From an uncultured virus (IMG/VR IMGVR_UViG_3300030107_003216) (lineage: Duplodnaviria; Heunggongvirae; Uroviricota; Caudoviricetes), in the IMG/VR virus record IMGVR_UViG_3300030107_003216, positions 1 through 64,000 of that record: 64,000 nucleotides of DNA; one strand, 5' to 3'. How positions within the stretch are numbered: the stretch's first letter is position 1; each line of letters starts with the position of its first letter. Positions 50,938-60,492 of the stretch are shown here, in pieces. Position numbers and translations under genes: made by a program. The notes beneath the pieces are model-generated. The model was not told the origin of the DNA. It ran no database searches and was given only the letters and a program-made list of their open reading frames with translations.

Positions 50938-51708
50938 TTATTCCCCATTTACATATGGTGCTTTAATTAGCATTCTATCATCAGACACAATCAACAATGG
51001 AAACTCATCTTTCATATAGAAATTAAGTAATTGGTCTGATTTGAAAAAGGCATACAGTGGGCCACTGAAATCTATGGTTGCATCTTCTCCAATAGCAAAC
51101 ATAGGCTCAAGTGACTCACTGTATTTATTTTGAACATTTAGCCTTGTGGAAAAAGAAGGTACTCCTTCTTTGTAATCTAATTTATAGATTCCACTTTTGA
51201 CTAATTCACAAGTTTTCAAAGTCTTTTTGAAAGTGCTTTGCATCAAAGTAAATGCACCTTCAAACTTAGAAGTTTTACCGAAGTTAAACATTGTTTGAGG
51301 CACAGGTTCATATCTAACATGAGCCAGCATATTTTGAACCTTGCTAAGTGCATTTTCTTGAGGATGATTTACTACAAGTGGTACAGATGCTTTCTTTGCA
51401 CCGCATTGAATTGTAACATAATCACCCACATTTATTTGTAAATCCCCATCAAACTCAGTTAGATAAGGAACAACAATTGCAGAGTCTAATACAAAAGTAC
51501 CTTCATTCTCTGATTCGACATCTAATCTAACATTAGCAATAAATGTCGCATCACCATTGAACATAGACAATGTTCCGTCTTTCAATACACAATAAGCATA
51601 TTGACTTAGACTTGAATTGACTAATCCATTAGTAACCAAGTGTTTTCCTTTGACACGCAAACTAACTAAAGCCTCTTTGAATTCTTTACTATCAATAGTA
51701 AATCTCAA
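50938..51708 (-). CDS. pcn: Sliding clamp (PCNA-like)
   Basis: About 256 aa; MRFTIDSKEFKEAL start; ends PLLI...MLIKAP; adjacent to polB. Confidence 0.72.
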   Translation of the reverse strand: MRFTIDSKEFKEALVSLRVKGKHLVTNGLVNSSLSQYAYCVLKDGTLSMFNGDATFIANVRLDVESENEGTFVLDSAIVVPYLTEFDGDLQINVGDYVTIQCGAKKASVPLVVNHPQENALSKVQNMLAHVRYEPVPQTMFNFGKTSKFEGAFTLMQSTFKKTLKTCELVKSGIYKLDYKEGVPSFSTRLNVQNKYSESLEPMFAIGEDATIDFSGPLYAFFKSDQLLNFYMKDEFPLLIVSDDRMLIKAPYVNGE

Positions 51709-52529
51709 ATTAACCCCTCTCGCATTTCAGAAATACCATCCCACTTAACATCGCCTTTAGCAATAGTTAGTGTTTCCCAAGTCTTTCCAACCAAAGAAGT
51801 GTTTGATTTACTACTCTGCAATTCTGCTTTATAGACAACATCTCCCTTCTTTAGTGTGCGCTTTGTGTTAATTACTTGATGCAGATAATCTCCCCAATTG
51901 TGCCAATTTGGTTTAGAACCAATTACTTCTCCTGTTGCACCATAATCGGCCTTAGCATGAGTAATGTAAATTTGGTCGCAGTTTAGATTCTTACACATCA
52001 TTAGAAGTGAATAGAATGGCGCATTACGCTTTCCCCATTCAAACTTCATTTTCTGTGGCTTTCCAATCTTAGAAGAACCTGTTACATGAAGTGTGCAACA
52101 ATCAAGCCACTTATCAATTCCATCGAATACAAAGAGAACATCTTCGCCTTCTTCAATTTTAGACTTTACATACAAAACAAAATCTTCTGAATTTGCTTCA
52201 GACTTTTGTATGTCTAATTCACCGTTTTGATTTCTGACTTCAGGATTCCATAGTGTAATTCTATCTGTCATATCGTGGTTTTGTCGCCATGTTGGTTCGC
52301 AACCATCATCCCAATCTAAAACATAGATTTGTTTATCGGGGAAATCAAGAGCGATACCGCTTTTGACGGTCTTTGGTTCTCCCCAAATACCGCAAATTAG
52401 ACGGTTGTTTCTCGCTAATCTCTCTCCGGTTTGTTTCTTTAGTTTATCCTGAAATAACAAAACTCTTTGATTGTTTGTTACCTCATTCGCTACTGCTTTC
52501 GTACTGTTATTGCTGTTTGTCAATCCCAT
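51705..52529 (-). CDS. RecA-superfamily ATPase (Sak4/RadA-like)
   Basis: Walker A GEPKTVKS, Walker B FVFDG, YITH. Confidence 0.7.
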   Translation of the reverse strand: MGLTNSNNSTKAVANEVTNNQRVLLFQDKLKKQTGERLARNNRLICGIWGEPKTVKSGIALDFPDKQIYVLDWDDGCEPTWRQNHDMTDRITLWNPEVRNQNGELDIQKSEANSEDFVLYVKSKIEEGEDVLFVFDGIDKWLDCCTLHVTGSSKIGKPQKMKFEWGKRNAPFYSLLMMCKNLNCDQIYITHAKADYGATGEVIGSKPNWHNWGDYLHQVINTKRTLKKGDVVYKAELQSSKSNTSLVGKTWETLTIAKGDVKWDGISEMREGLI

Positions 52530-52792
52530 TGGTTCTCACCTACCAATTCTTTTTCGTCAAGTGAAATTGTTTTACCGTGTATTTCACACCATAATTCCAC
52601 TATTTCTTTTAGTTTATTTATATCGTTACATATGTATCTAACTTCTTTTGAGCCGATATGTAATTTAATCCAATATGAACCAAAATCCTTTTCATTCTCT
52701 TTGAATGTGATAAAGTCCACATTGAACAAATCAACAATGTAACTGTTTTCTTTTATTAAAAATCTATTTTGTTTAATATCCATGTATTTCAC
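52520..52792 (-). CDS. Hypothetical protein
   Basis: ORF track. Confidence 0.6.
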   Translation of the reverse strand: MKYMDIKQNRFLIKENSYIVDLFNVDFITFKENEKDFGSYWIKLHIGSKEVRYICNDINKLKEIVELWCEIHGKTISLDEKELVGENQWD

Positions 52793-53060
52793 CGTTAATA
52801 TCTATTCCTGTAACATCTTGAACAATTTTCATTTGTGTATTTCTTCTGTATGCTTTCATAAAAGCCAAATATTGTGAAGAAGTCATGCTTTGAATAATCA
52901 TTCCTGCATCCGAATATATTTTTACTTCATATATTATTGAAGTATGTGGGCCTTTCGGCCCCGCCTGTAATTCTTTCCAAGAGATGTGCGCTATTCTATT
53001 AAAATAAATGAACGCTCTATCTGTCTGTATTGCATTTTCGTATAATTCCATTATAATCAC
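52773..53060 (-). CDS. Hypothetical protein
   Basis: ORF track; AGGTGAT near the start. Confidence 0.6.
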   Translation of the reverse strand: MIIMELYENAIQTDRAFIYFNRIAHISWKELQAGPKGPHTSIIYEVKIYSDAGMIIQSMTSSQYLAFMKAYRRNTQMKIVQDVTGIDINGEIHGY

Positions 53061-53175
53061 CTAAAGTGTGGGCTTTGCACCCACTTGAATGTCAATTTTC
53101 CCTACAAGTCACATTTACCTTGCCCGAAACCCAAATCTCCTTCAGCCCCGACGAAGATTAGGTTAGAGTATCACT

Positions 53176-54393
53176 TCAGAACCAATCGAAGTTTTCCTCC
53201 ACAGGTTGATTAGATTCAACCGGAGAACCGTGTCTAATTACACAATGAACACCGGAGGCATTAATTGTAACAGGTTCCACTTCACCATCAACTGTTCTTT
53301 GACTTGTTCTGCCTACAACATATACTGTTGAACCAATACCGAAATCTAAGGATAGATGTTCGGGAATCCAACAAGTTACAACGCCAGAATCACTTTCATA
53401 ATTCATTTCAGCGTTAATGTCTGTAATGTTGATAATTCTATTACCGTTCTTAGTTGGAGTCATATTCATGTTACAAACTGTTCCATCAGTAATGATGTAT
53501 CTTTCCTTAGAAGGAAGTGCTTGTCGCTGAATATGCGCTCTATCCAAATCAAGGATATTTACCAAGTTAGATTCAAAGTTTTCCTTCAAACAATTCTCAA
53601 AGGAAAAGTTACCCATATCACGGTAAATGTTGCTTTCGGGGTCAATGTCTGCATTTAGTGACAAACTACCCGAAGTCAAATCCTTAGCACCATAAATATC
53701 TGTACCATTAGAACCTTCAACACAAAGGAAATGACACCATTCAAAAGTGTTAGGTGCAAAATCAACACCGCCTTGATTCTTGTATGAGAAGTAATACATT
53801 CTCATATCTCCATTATCTAATGAACCATAGAATACTCCACTTCTTCGCATTTGTTCAGAAGGAAGAGGTTTTCCATAATTAGCATTGGTTCCGCCATTCA
53901 TGTATGTAGCGGTATTATCCAATGGAATATAGACACGGCCATCTTCTAATTCTTCTGCACCGTTAGGTAATTCAGAAAGAGTTGCTTCTCTATATTCACC
54001 ATTATGATAACGGGAAACTACCCACTTGTCAAGAGCATTCTTTGTTGCTACTGCAACAATACCATTTTCAAGTGCATTGTTTTCATCACGCAGGTATTCT
54101 TCTTTTGCTTTCATTCTGTTCCAAGCCATCATATCTCTTGGTGCGTCAAGGGAAACAAAGAATCCAAATGCTGCTTTGTAAAATGAATCATTATCATTTT
54201 TACTTTCATTACCATTCTTTTTCATTCTGCGGCTATTTGCCACATAGTTTCTCCATACACCCATAGATGCAGGGTTGGTTGTTTCAAGCCCGTTTGCTGA
54301 ACATAGTTCCTCAAACTTGGCTATTGCCTCATCAACGCCCATATCAATATATGGTGCGCTCTTTTCGATTTCTGCTTTCATACTTTCATTCAT
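53176..54393 (-). CDS. Single-stranded DNA-binding protein (RPA-like OB folds)
   Basis: C-terminal OB-fold pattern ITDGTV...INITD...VYVVGRT; acidic-aromatic tail EENFDWF. Confidence 0.65.
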   Translation of the reverse strand: MNESMKAEIEKSAPYIDMGVDEAIAKFEELCSANGLETTNPASMGVWRNYVANSRRMKKNGNESKNDNDSFYKAAFGFFVSLDAPRDMMAWNRMKAKEEYLRDENNALENGIVAVATKNALDKWVVSRYHNGEYREATLSELPNGAEELEDGRVYIPLDNTATYMNGGTNANYGKPLPSEQMRRSGVFYGSLDNGDMRMYYFSYKNQGGVDFAPNTFEWCHFLCVEGSNGTDIYGAKDLTSGSLSLNADIDPESNIYRDMGNFSFENCLKENFESNLVNILDLDRAHIQRQALPSKERYIITDGTVCNMNMTPTKNGNRIINITDINAEMNYESDSGVVTCWIPEHLSLDFGIGSTVYVVGRTSQRTVDGEVEPVTINASGVHCVIRHGSPVESNQPVEENFDWF

Positions 54394-54432
54394 ATTTTTC
54401 GCCTCGTTTTTTTTCGTTTTGTTTTTTTATTA

Positions 54433-55341
54433 TCACAACAATTGACCTACCATCCAAGATAGTAATACCTTTGGTGTCATTGTAGTGGAACGCCATTCTG
54501 TTTCTCCTATTGTTCTTAGAAATTTGAATTTGCTAATGCTATCAATTTCAGATGCGATAACTGCATCATGTAGCCCAAGACAGATTTCTCTAACGGTTCT
54601 GCCTTGATACAATAATTCATGTAATTCACCCAATATATTTTTATTTTTATTCTGTAATTTAATTAGTATTTTTTCATATTCTTTTAGTGAATTTTTTAGT
54701 TGTACTGCGAGTCCTTTATCGCTTGACTTAGCGGCTTGTAATTCCGTTACTGCTCGCCTCATGTCACCGTTCATAGCATATATAAAGGAGGACAATTCAT
54801 TTTCATCAAATCGAGTTATTCTCTCATGTTCGAGTATTTGGCTCAATACGCTGAACATGGCTTCATTCGATAATGGTTTGAAATGGTAGTTTGCACATCT
54901 GCTTTGAAGCGCAAAGATGATTTTGTTTCTATCATTACAAGTAATAATAAATCTAATATTGCTGGAATATCTTTCCATAATTCTCTTCAATGCGTTTTGT
55001 GCATCGTTTGTCATTCCATCCATTTCATCTAACAAACACATTCTAAATGGTGCATCACCAATTGTGCCGCTTTGTGCTATGTTCTTGATAGTGGTTCTAA
55101 CTGTTTCTAATCTTCTATCATCAGAAGCATTTACTTCAAAGAAGTTATCTTCATAATCATCCCCTAACATAGTTTTAGCAAAAGCAATAGCGGCTGAAGT
55201 TTTACCATTACCAGAATTGCCATGAATTAAAAGGTTAGGCATGTTGTTTTCTTCTAACCAAGATTCAGCATCCATTACAAAATGTTCTTGTCCGATTATA
55301 TCACTTAGTTTGTTTGGTCTGTATTTTTCTGTCCATAGCAT
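54433..55341 (-). CDS. rfcS: Replication factor C small subunit
   Basis: WTEKYRP, GNSGNGKT, NASDDR, LDEMD, QSRC, GDMRR. Confidence 0.95.
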   Translation of the reverse strand: MLWTEKYRPNKLSDIIGQEHFVMDAESWLEENNMPNLLIHGNSGNGKTSAAIAFAKTMLGDDYEDNFFEVNASDDRRLETVRTTIKNIAQSGTIGDAPFRMCLLDEMDGMTNDAQNALKRIMERYSSNIRFIITCNDRNKIIFALQSRCANYHFKPLSNEAMFSVLSQILEHERITRFDENELSSFIYAMNGDMRRAVTELQAAKSSDKGLAVQLKNSLKEYEKILIKLQNKNKNILGELHELLYQGRTVREICLGLHDAVIASEIDSISKFKFLRTIGETEWRSTTMTPKVLLSWMVGQLL

Positions 55342-55591
55342 TTTTATTCACCTTGTATATTCTTAATTTTCTGCCTCTTGGCAAATCTTCATTTTTAATT
55401 TCTATGAAATTAGTTGAGTTTTTTAGCAAAGCAACCACTTGTCTATATGTTGGTATCAATCTTCTTGATGTGTTTTTACGAGTTTTAGAATTATAAAAAG
55501 CATCGAGTACCTCCTTCGATGTCATTTCTTTATCTCCTAAGACCTCTTTAATTTGCACAATGTATTGGTCGGTTCTTGTACCCATACTCAA
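55301..55591 (-). CDS. Small winged-helix-like protein
   Basis: EMTSKEV...PTYRQVVALL...IYKV. Confidence 0.55.
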   Translation of the reverse strand: MSMGTRTDQYIVQIKEVLGDKEMTSKEVLDAFYNSKTRKNTSRRLIPTYRQVVALLKNSTNFIEIKNEDLPRGRKLRIYKVNKNAMDRKIQTKQTK

Positions 55592-55914
55592 CCCACCATT
55601 ACGCCATTATCGTTTTCTCTATCAATAGAATCAGACATTTGCTTCTGCTCAAACATTCTTTGCTTTTGACGAATACTAATGTCCTTATCCATCATATCGG
55701 ACTTAACCCAATACAATTCACTGCCTAATTCCATATCTATTCTAATAACATTCTTCATAAAGATAGCAACTTGCTTATCGCCCTTTGCTAAGATGAAGGC
55801 ATCTGCTAAAAACATTAATGATGGAACCATTAATTGTCCTGTTTCTTCTCTTTCTTCACCATCAACAAGATATGTGATGGTTGCTTTTCCAATGTGGTAT
55901 TCCTTATTCTTCAT
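55588..55914 (-). CDS. Hypothetical protein
   Basis: ORF track. Confidence 0.6.
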   Translation of the reverse strand: MKNKEYHIGKATITYLVDGEEREETGQLMVPSLMFLADAFILAKGDKQVAIFMKNVIRIDMELGSELYWVKSDMMDKDISIRQKQRMFEQKQMSDSIDRENDNGVMVG

Positions 55915-56765
55915 AAATAATCACCTATTCTTTTTTGTTCTATTCTAATTGGGTCGGTTTTCTTTTTACGACCCTTCTTTTTCTTTTCGCCAATTTGAAG
56001 CAGTCGGCATTCTGCATTGTTTAATTTCTTTTTGAAATGTTCTGCTACGGTGTTATCCATACAAAGTTGCCGTAAGACGCTTGGATTCTTGACACCTAAT
56101 CTTCTTGATAGACTTGGTATCTTTGAATATGTTCCTCTTTTCGGCATTGATATTCTATCATAAGAATTGCCTGCGTGAATATACGCTAACATTTCATAGA
56201 AGTATCTTTGACTCCATCTTCGCTTAACTACACCATCAACAAACAATAATTTGTTAGGGTGCATATTTTCATTTAACCATGACATTATTTGTGTGTCTGC
56301 TGGTTTATTGTATAACAGTAATTTGGCTACTAAATCTCTATCACTGTTCTTCATGTATTCTGCAACTAATGAATATGTATCTTTCTCATATGAGAAAGGT
56401 GGTTCACTATTAGGTGCAAGGTACTTGATTTCATTCTGCAAATGATTAAGAGAACCTGCTCTCTTAATTTTGCACATATCCTTAATTTGTTTAGGAACGC
56501 TCTTTTCATTGATTGAAGTCAATACTAACTGTCCTCTATAACTTCTGATAATGTTCATTATAATATCCGTTTGTGGTTTGTAATGAACATCTTCTATAAT
56601 TATACCTGCACTCTTAGGATGAGAACCCAAGTCAAACTCTATATCATTAGCATAAACAATCTTTACTTCATCAGTAAAATATGCTTTTGCTTTTGTGGAC
56701 TTTCCGGTTCCTGTTTTTCCTGTTATTAGTATTGGTCTGTTGTCATTCATATTTGTTAATCCCAT
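55911..56765 (-). CDS. Divergent RFC large-subunit-like ATPase with C-terminal PIP box
   Basis: GKTGTGKS, degenerate Walker B IIIED, WLNEN, Lys-rich tail ending QKRIGDYL. Confidence 0.65.
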   Translation of the reverse strand: MGLTNMNDNRPILITGKTGTGKSTKAKAYFTDEVKIVYANDIEFDLGSHPKSAGIIIEDVHYKPQTDIIMNIIRSYRGQLVLTSINEKSVPKQIKDMCKIKRAGSLNHLQNEIKYLAPNSEPPFSYEKDTYSLVAEYMKNSDRDLVAKLLLYNKPADTQIMSWLNENMHPNKLLFVDGVVKRRWSQRYFYEMLAYIHAGNSYDRISMPKRGTYSKIPSLSRRLGVKNPSVLRQLCMDNTVAEHFKKKLNNAECRLLQIGEKKKKGRKKKTDPIRIEQKRIGDYL

Positions 56766-57136
56766 TAAATCAACCCTTTTAATTTACATAAAGCATCAAA
56801 CTTTCTTGCTTTAGGCAAGTCAGAATTCCATAGGTTATATCCTTCAATGAAGGTTTCTAATTTAGGACAATATTCATTTTCAACTAAATCAATTAATTTA
56901 GCAATTGAATCTTGCCTATATATTCTCAATTCTCTTTTGCTTATGTTTGCTACAATATTATGTTGTGCTAAACTTCTTAATACTGCATCTAAGAATTCGG
57001 GGTCGCCATTCAATCTTATTGAAAATACGACCTTATATCCTATCGCATAAGAAGGTTCACAAGTTAATTGAATTAATCCTCTTGCAAGACTAATTATTAT
57101 TCCTTTTAATATTTCTTTATTATACATAACTATCAC
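56765..57136 (-). CDS. Degenerate LAGLIDADG-fold protein
   Basis: LKGIIISLARG helix lacking the catalytic acid; DPEFLDAV...ELRIYRQDSIAKLIDLV. Confidence 0.45.
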   Translation of the reverse strand: MIVMYNKEILKGIIISLARGLIQLTCEPSYAIGYKVVFSIRLNGDPEFLDAVLRSLAQHNIVANISKRELRIYRQDSIAKLIDLVENEYCPKLETFIEGYNLWNSDLPKARKFDALCKLKGLI

Positions 57137-57515
57137 TATTTTTATTACCTAAGTATTTGTATTTGTATCTCAAAAAATCAAGACCGTCATTCACAGTCAT
57201 AACTATTAATTCTTCAAAGGGAATCACATCACCTGCAAAAACAAATGATAGGCTGGTTCCTTGAAAACTATTCCAAGCCCTTGCTTGTTCTTCATCAATA
57301 GGGTCAGCAAATAAAGCAAAACTCCTTTCGATTTCATTTTCAATTAATCGTACCATTAGTCCCTTAATGAGAAGATTAGTTTCTTCTTCTTTGGTAGTAC
57401 CATAAACTAACCATGTTAATGATGTAGCAGTTCCATGTTTATCTATCCATGATTGAATCTCCACATCATTAAACATAATTAGTCCTCTTTCATATACTCC
57501 ATGTTTGATTTCCAA
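57120..57515 (-). CDS. Hypothetical protein
   Basis: ORF track. Confidence 0.6.
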   Translation of the reverse strand: MEIKHGVYERGLIMFNDVEIQSWIDKHGTATSLTWLVYGTTKEEETNLLIKGLMVRLIENEIERSFALFADPIDEEQARAWNSFQGTSLSFVFAGDVIPFEELIVMTVNDGLDFLRYKYKYLGNKNSDSYV

Positions 57516-57922
57516 TGTCCTATCGGCAGGTCATTAGTTTCCATCCAATAGATGTGTGCTTCGGTAATTCGTTTATGTCCGAGGTTTTTAGCACTTGCTT
57601 CTCCATTGGCTATCAAATTAGACACTGCGGTTTCTATCCATTCAGCGATAAAGTATTTCGCATTTGTTGATACTGATAAGTCAGTAACTTCTTTGATTAT
57701 CTTAGGAATACTCAAAGTGGTCTTGCGTTTATACTTCGGCTTTGCAGGAATTTCCGGTACTATCAATTTACCGTTCTCAATATAAGGACATTCTTCGACT
57801 CTAACTAATTTCGGTCTGCCCTTAGCAATACCTACATCTTTCAAATGGGCTATACCATTTTCCACTTTAATACATCTGTATGTCCTACTTTTGATTATTG
57901 TAAATTCTTCTTCTTTAATCAT
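57479..57922 (-). CDS. Histone-fold protein with N-terminal extra domain
   Basis: IPKIIKEVTDLSVSTNAKYFIAEWIETAVSNLIANGEASAKNLGHKRITEAHI resembles HMf-type histones; start ATG 57922 after GGAGG. Confidence 0.75.
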   Translation of the reverse strand: MIKEEEFTIIKSRTYRCIKVENGIAHLKDVGIAKGRPKLVRVEECPYIENGKLIVPEIPAKPKYKRKTTLSIPKIIKEVTDLSVSTNAKYFIAEWIETAVSNLIANGEASAKNLGHKRITEAHIYWMETNDLPIGHWKSNMEYMKED

Positions 57923-58029
57923 TTTAATGCCTCCGATGCTAACCGTATTGCTTCTTCGTATGCCTTCTTTACAGGCCAACCATCTCTTCTAAAAGCGTCA
58001 AAATACATTCTATGTAATATCCAATTCAT
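57919..58029 (-). CDS. 36-aa peptide
   Basis: Hand-translated MNWILHRMYFDAFRRDGWPVKKAYEEAIRLASEALK; ATGA overlaps at both ends. Confidence 0.5.
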   Translation of the reverse strand: MNWILHRMYFDAFRRDGWPVKKAYEEAIRLASEALK

Positions 58030-59552
58030 TCTAATCTCTCCACATCTTCTAAAGTATTGATGTCTGCCGCAAACTTATCATCACGGATTCTTTTACATCT
58101 TGGAAATCTCAAACCTAAATTACCCTTTTCATCTCTTGAAACTAAATCAGCACTAACTTCTAAGACTACTCTTGGCAAGAAGTAATAGGTATCATTCTCA
58201 AAATTCTCCACATTTCTTCTAAGGTTATGTGTTAGACTAACCAAATCCGCATCACTAAAACCTGTTCCGACTTTACCCACTGATACAATTCCTTTATCAG
58301 ACTTAACACCAATCTCAAAAGTACCAAAAACATTGGCTCTTTTTCCTTCACCGTACTTAGCCGACATGATAACTACATCTAATTCTATTCGAGGCGGTTT
58401 GTACTTAGCCCAAAATGCGCTTCTTTTCCCTGCTTCATAGGGAACATCAGCATTTTTTACTATGATTCCTTCAAAGCCGTCATTGATTGCTTGATTGTAA
58501 AAGGCCATTACATTATCATCCTTCATTCGGTGAGCCTGATTTGGCACATTTTTTATCTTCTTCAATCTTTCAGAGAAAGAAATATCCATAATTGTTTCAT
58601 CATTTAATTTAAGACAATCAAAAATGACCCATTTTACTGCGACTTTATCTAATGCTTCTTGATGATTCTTTGAATGTACTCTCGTTGCCATCTTTTTATG
58701 CTCATCAGGACTACCATCTTCTTTAATTGGATATATTTCACCATCAAATATTCCATTATGTATGGGATAACCAGAAACTAATTCGGCAATATCAGTAAAT
58801 TGATGGGTAACTACTTTCCCTTTACGATTAAAAATAATTACATTCTTATCTTCTAAATGAATTTGGTATCTATTACCATCATATTTGTAATCAACAATTT
58901 TGTTAGTTGGCCATTTTTCCATAGGCACTTCTTTTGCTAACATTGGTGAAACGAAGGAACCGTGAACCAAATTAGTTGAAGGTGTTTCTTCATTTTCATA
59001 TGAAGTAATAACAGTTTCAACTGAATTAAAATTCAAATGCTTCTTTACCTCTTTCAATTTTTTATTATAATGTTTAGCAATAACTTTAGTTACTGTTCCA
59101 GAATTAATTCCGTTTCTTGGTGTTCTCAACCAAAAGCGAATAAACCACTTTCTTGCTAATGCTGACATTGAAGTAATGCTTTCTGAAAGTAAAGTAAATT
59201 GGTCTGAATCAATTTTACTACAATCTAATTCTAAAAGACGAATGATTGTTTGAAGGCTGAAGTCGCCTTGTTTTTCTGCTTGGCTATCTAAGTAATAGAC
59301 AACATCACCTAAATCATCATATGTTGAATAGTCTGCATTTATCTCACTATCAAATACATTATACATCTTGGCTACCCACTTCTTAGCCTTAGATATTCCA
59401 ATGTTATTGATTTCGTATGCCTGTGCTAATATTCTCAATAGGCTTGACTTATCCTCAAACTTATCTAATTCTCTTGAAATTACTGTTACTTGTTGTGTTG
59501 GTGTAACTCTATCAGTCACTTCCAATAGTCTTGTCATGTTCTCCCATGTCAT
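58026..59552 (-). CDS. lig: ATP-dependent DNA ligase (archaeal type with DNA-binding domain)
   Basis: PMLA, KYDGNR, FDGE, EGIIVK, WAKYK, KVGTGFS, LRFPR. Confidence 0.93.
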   Translation of the reverse strand: MTWENMTRLLEVTDRVTPTQQVTVISRELDKFEDKSSLLRILAQAYEINNIGISKAKKWVAKMYNVFDSEINADYSTYDDLGDVVYYLDSQAEKQGDFSLQTIIRLLELDCSKIDSDQFTLLSESITSMSALARKWFIRFWLRTPRNGINSGTVTKVIAKHYNKKLKEVKKHLNFNSVETVITSYENEETPSTNLVHGSFVSPMLAKEVPMEKWPTNKIVDYKYDGNRYQIHLEDKNVIIFNRKGKVVTHQFTDIAELVSGYPIHNGIFDGEIYPIKEDGSPDEHKKMATRVHSKNHQEALDKVAVKWVIFDCLKLNDETIMDISFSERLKKIKNVPNQAHRMKDDNVMAFYNQAINDGFEGIIVKNADVPYEAGKRSAFWAKYKPPRIELDVVIMSAKYGEGKRANVFGTFEIGVKSDKGIVSVGKVGTGFSDADLVSLTHNLRRNVENFENDTYYFLPRVVLEVSADLVSRDEKGNLGLRFPRCKRIRDDKFAADINTLEDVERLE

Positions 59553-59682
59553 CTATAATCACTTCCATATTTTTATTTATTTTTTGTATTAATTCTTTAA
59601 GCAATATGCTTAATTTACCATCATGTGTGTCTGAAAAATCCCACATTATATTAGCAAGATAAATCCATTCACTCTTCTTCAT
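59512..59682 (-). CDS. 56-aa hypothetical protein
   Basis: Hand-translated MKKSEWIYLANIMWDF... Confidence 0.45.
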   Translation of the reverse strand: MKKSEWIYLANIMWDFSDTHDGKLSILLKELIQKINKNMEVIIDDMGEHDKTIGSD

Positions 59683-60049
59683 TCTTAGCACCTGCTTCTA
59701 TTACACCTAATAGTCTAAGGAAATTAGTCATAATTTGACTCATTGCTTGGACTTCTGCATCTTTACCTTGCTCAATTAATCGGTGCAACATATGAATCAT
59801 AGTTGCTTGAGTAATAGCAGGGGCTAATCTTGCTAAGTTATTATTAGAATATATTTCCCAATAGCAAACAAAAGACGCTCTTGCTAAATAATTACCATTT
59901 CTAATGTCTGTATAACCAGCATTAAAATGTTCTAATGCCATAGGATTTTTTCTTCTCTTTAGTTTAATTTTGGTTTGTTTATACCACTCATCAAACTTCT
60001 TGAGATTTACTGTTATCATATACAATTTATTGTTCATCCATTTCACCAT
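59669..60049 (-). CDS. Hypothetical protein
   Basis: ORF track. Confidence 0.6.
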   Translation of the reverse strand: MVKWMNNKLYMITVNLKKFDEWYKQTKIKLKRRKNPMALEHFNAGYTDIRNGNYLARASFVCYWEIYSNNNLARLAPAITQATMIHMLHRLIEQGKDAEVQAMSQIMTNFLRLLGVIEAGAKNEEE

Positions 60050-60293
60050 CCATGAATTCTCTCATTCCTTGATAGAAGTTACCAAAGCACAATTCAATGT
60101 GTTCTTTAGTAATACGACAACCTCTCCCTCCATTTGGAGGAACAGTCATTTTTTGTTCAACATACTTGGCAAATAAATCCATAATCTTTCCAGAACAAAT
60201 ACCAAACTTTTGTATTGAACCCATAGCATATTGTCGTTTTTCGTTTGCGCTTCTCAAACTTCTTTTTGCAGATTTTTCACTGACTCTCTTCAT
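60027..60293 (-). CDS. Probable second histone-fold protein
   Basis: Short helix, long helix, then GCRITKEHIELCF resembling the histone L2-alpha3 motif RKTIKAEDIELA. Confidence 0.55.
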   Translation of the reverse strand: MKRVSEKSAKRSLRSANEKRQYAMGSIQKFGICSGKIMDLFAKYVEQKMTVPPNGGRGCRITKEHIELCFGNFYQGMREFMDGEMDEQ

Positions 60294-60492
60294 CTAACTC
60301 TCTCCTTAATATTTTCATTAATTGTCTTGCTTCGTCTAAATTAAGACGAATGCCTTTGTTTGTGGGTTTATCATTTTTGAACCATCTAACATCAATGACC
60401 TCAATGTTCCACCACTTTCCTTTTTTTATAAGGCAATCAGTCGTGGCATCCCGCACTATGCGCCCGACTGTCGGCATAGTATTATCATTCAC
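60277..60492 (-). CDS. PC4/YdbC-like ssDNA-binding protein
   Basis: VIDVRWF...PTNKGIRL motif. Confidence 0.75.
   Translation of the reverse strand: MNDNTMPTVGRIVRDATTDCLIKKGKWWNIEVIDVRWFKNDKPTNKGIRLNLDEARQLMKILRRELDEESQ

Noticed and set aside
53061..53175. tRNA gene
   Set aside because: Only a T-arm-like hairpin is present; no acceptor stem or anticodon arm could be built. Kept as a possible structured element instead.
57919..58029. EAIRLA shared between the 36-aa peptide and the end of PolB-N
   Set aside because: A six-residue match in helical sequence is plausibly chance.
41804..59552. MTWENMTR (ligase, start 59552) and MKWENTYL (start 42046) as further W-tag copies
   Set aside because: They lack the [IL]-x-K ending and lie in the replication block, so they were not counted.
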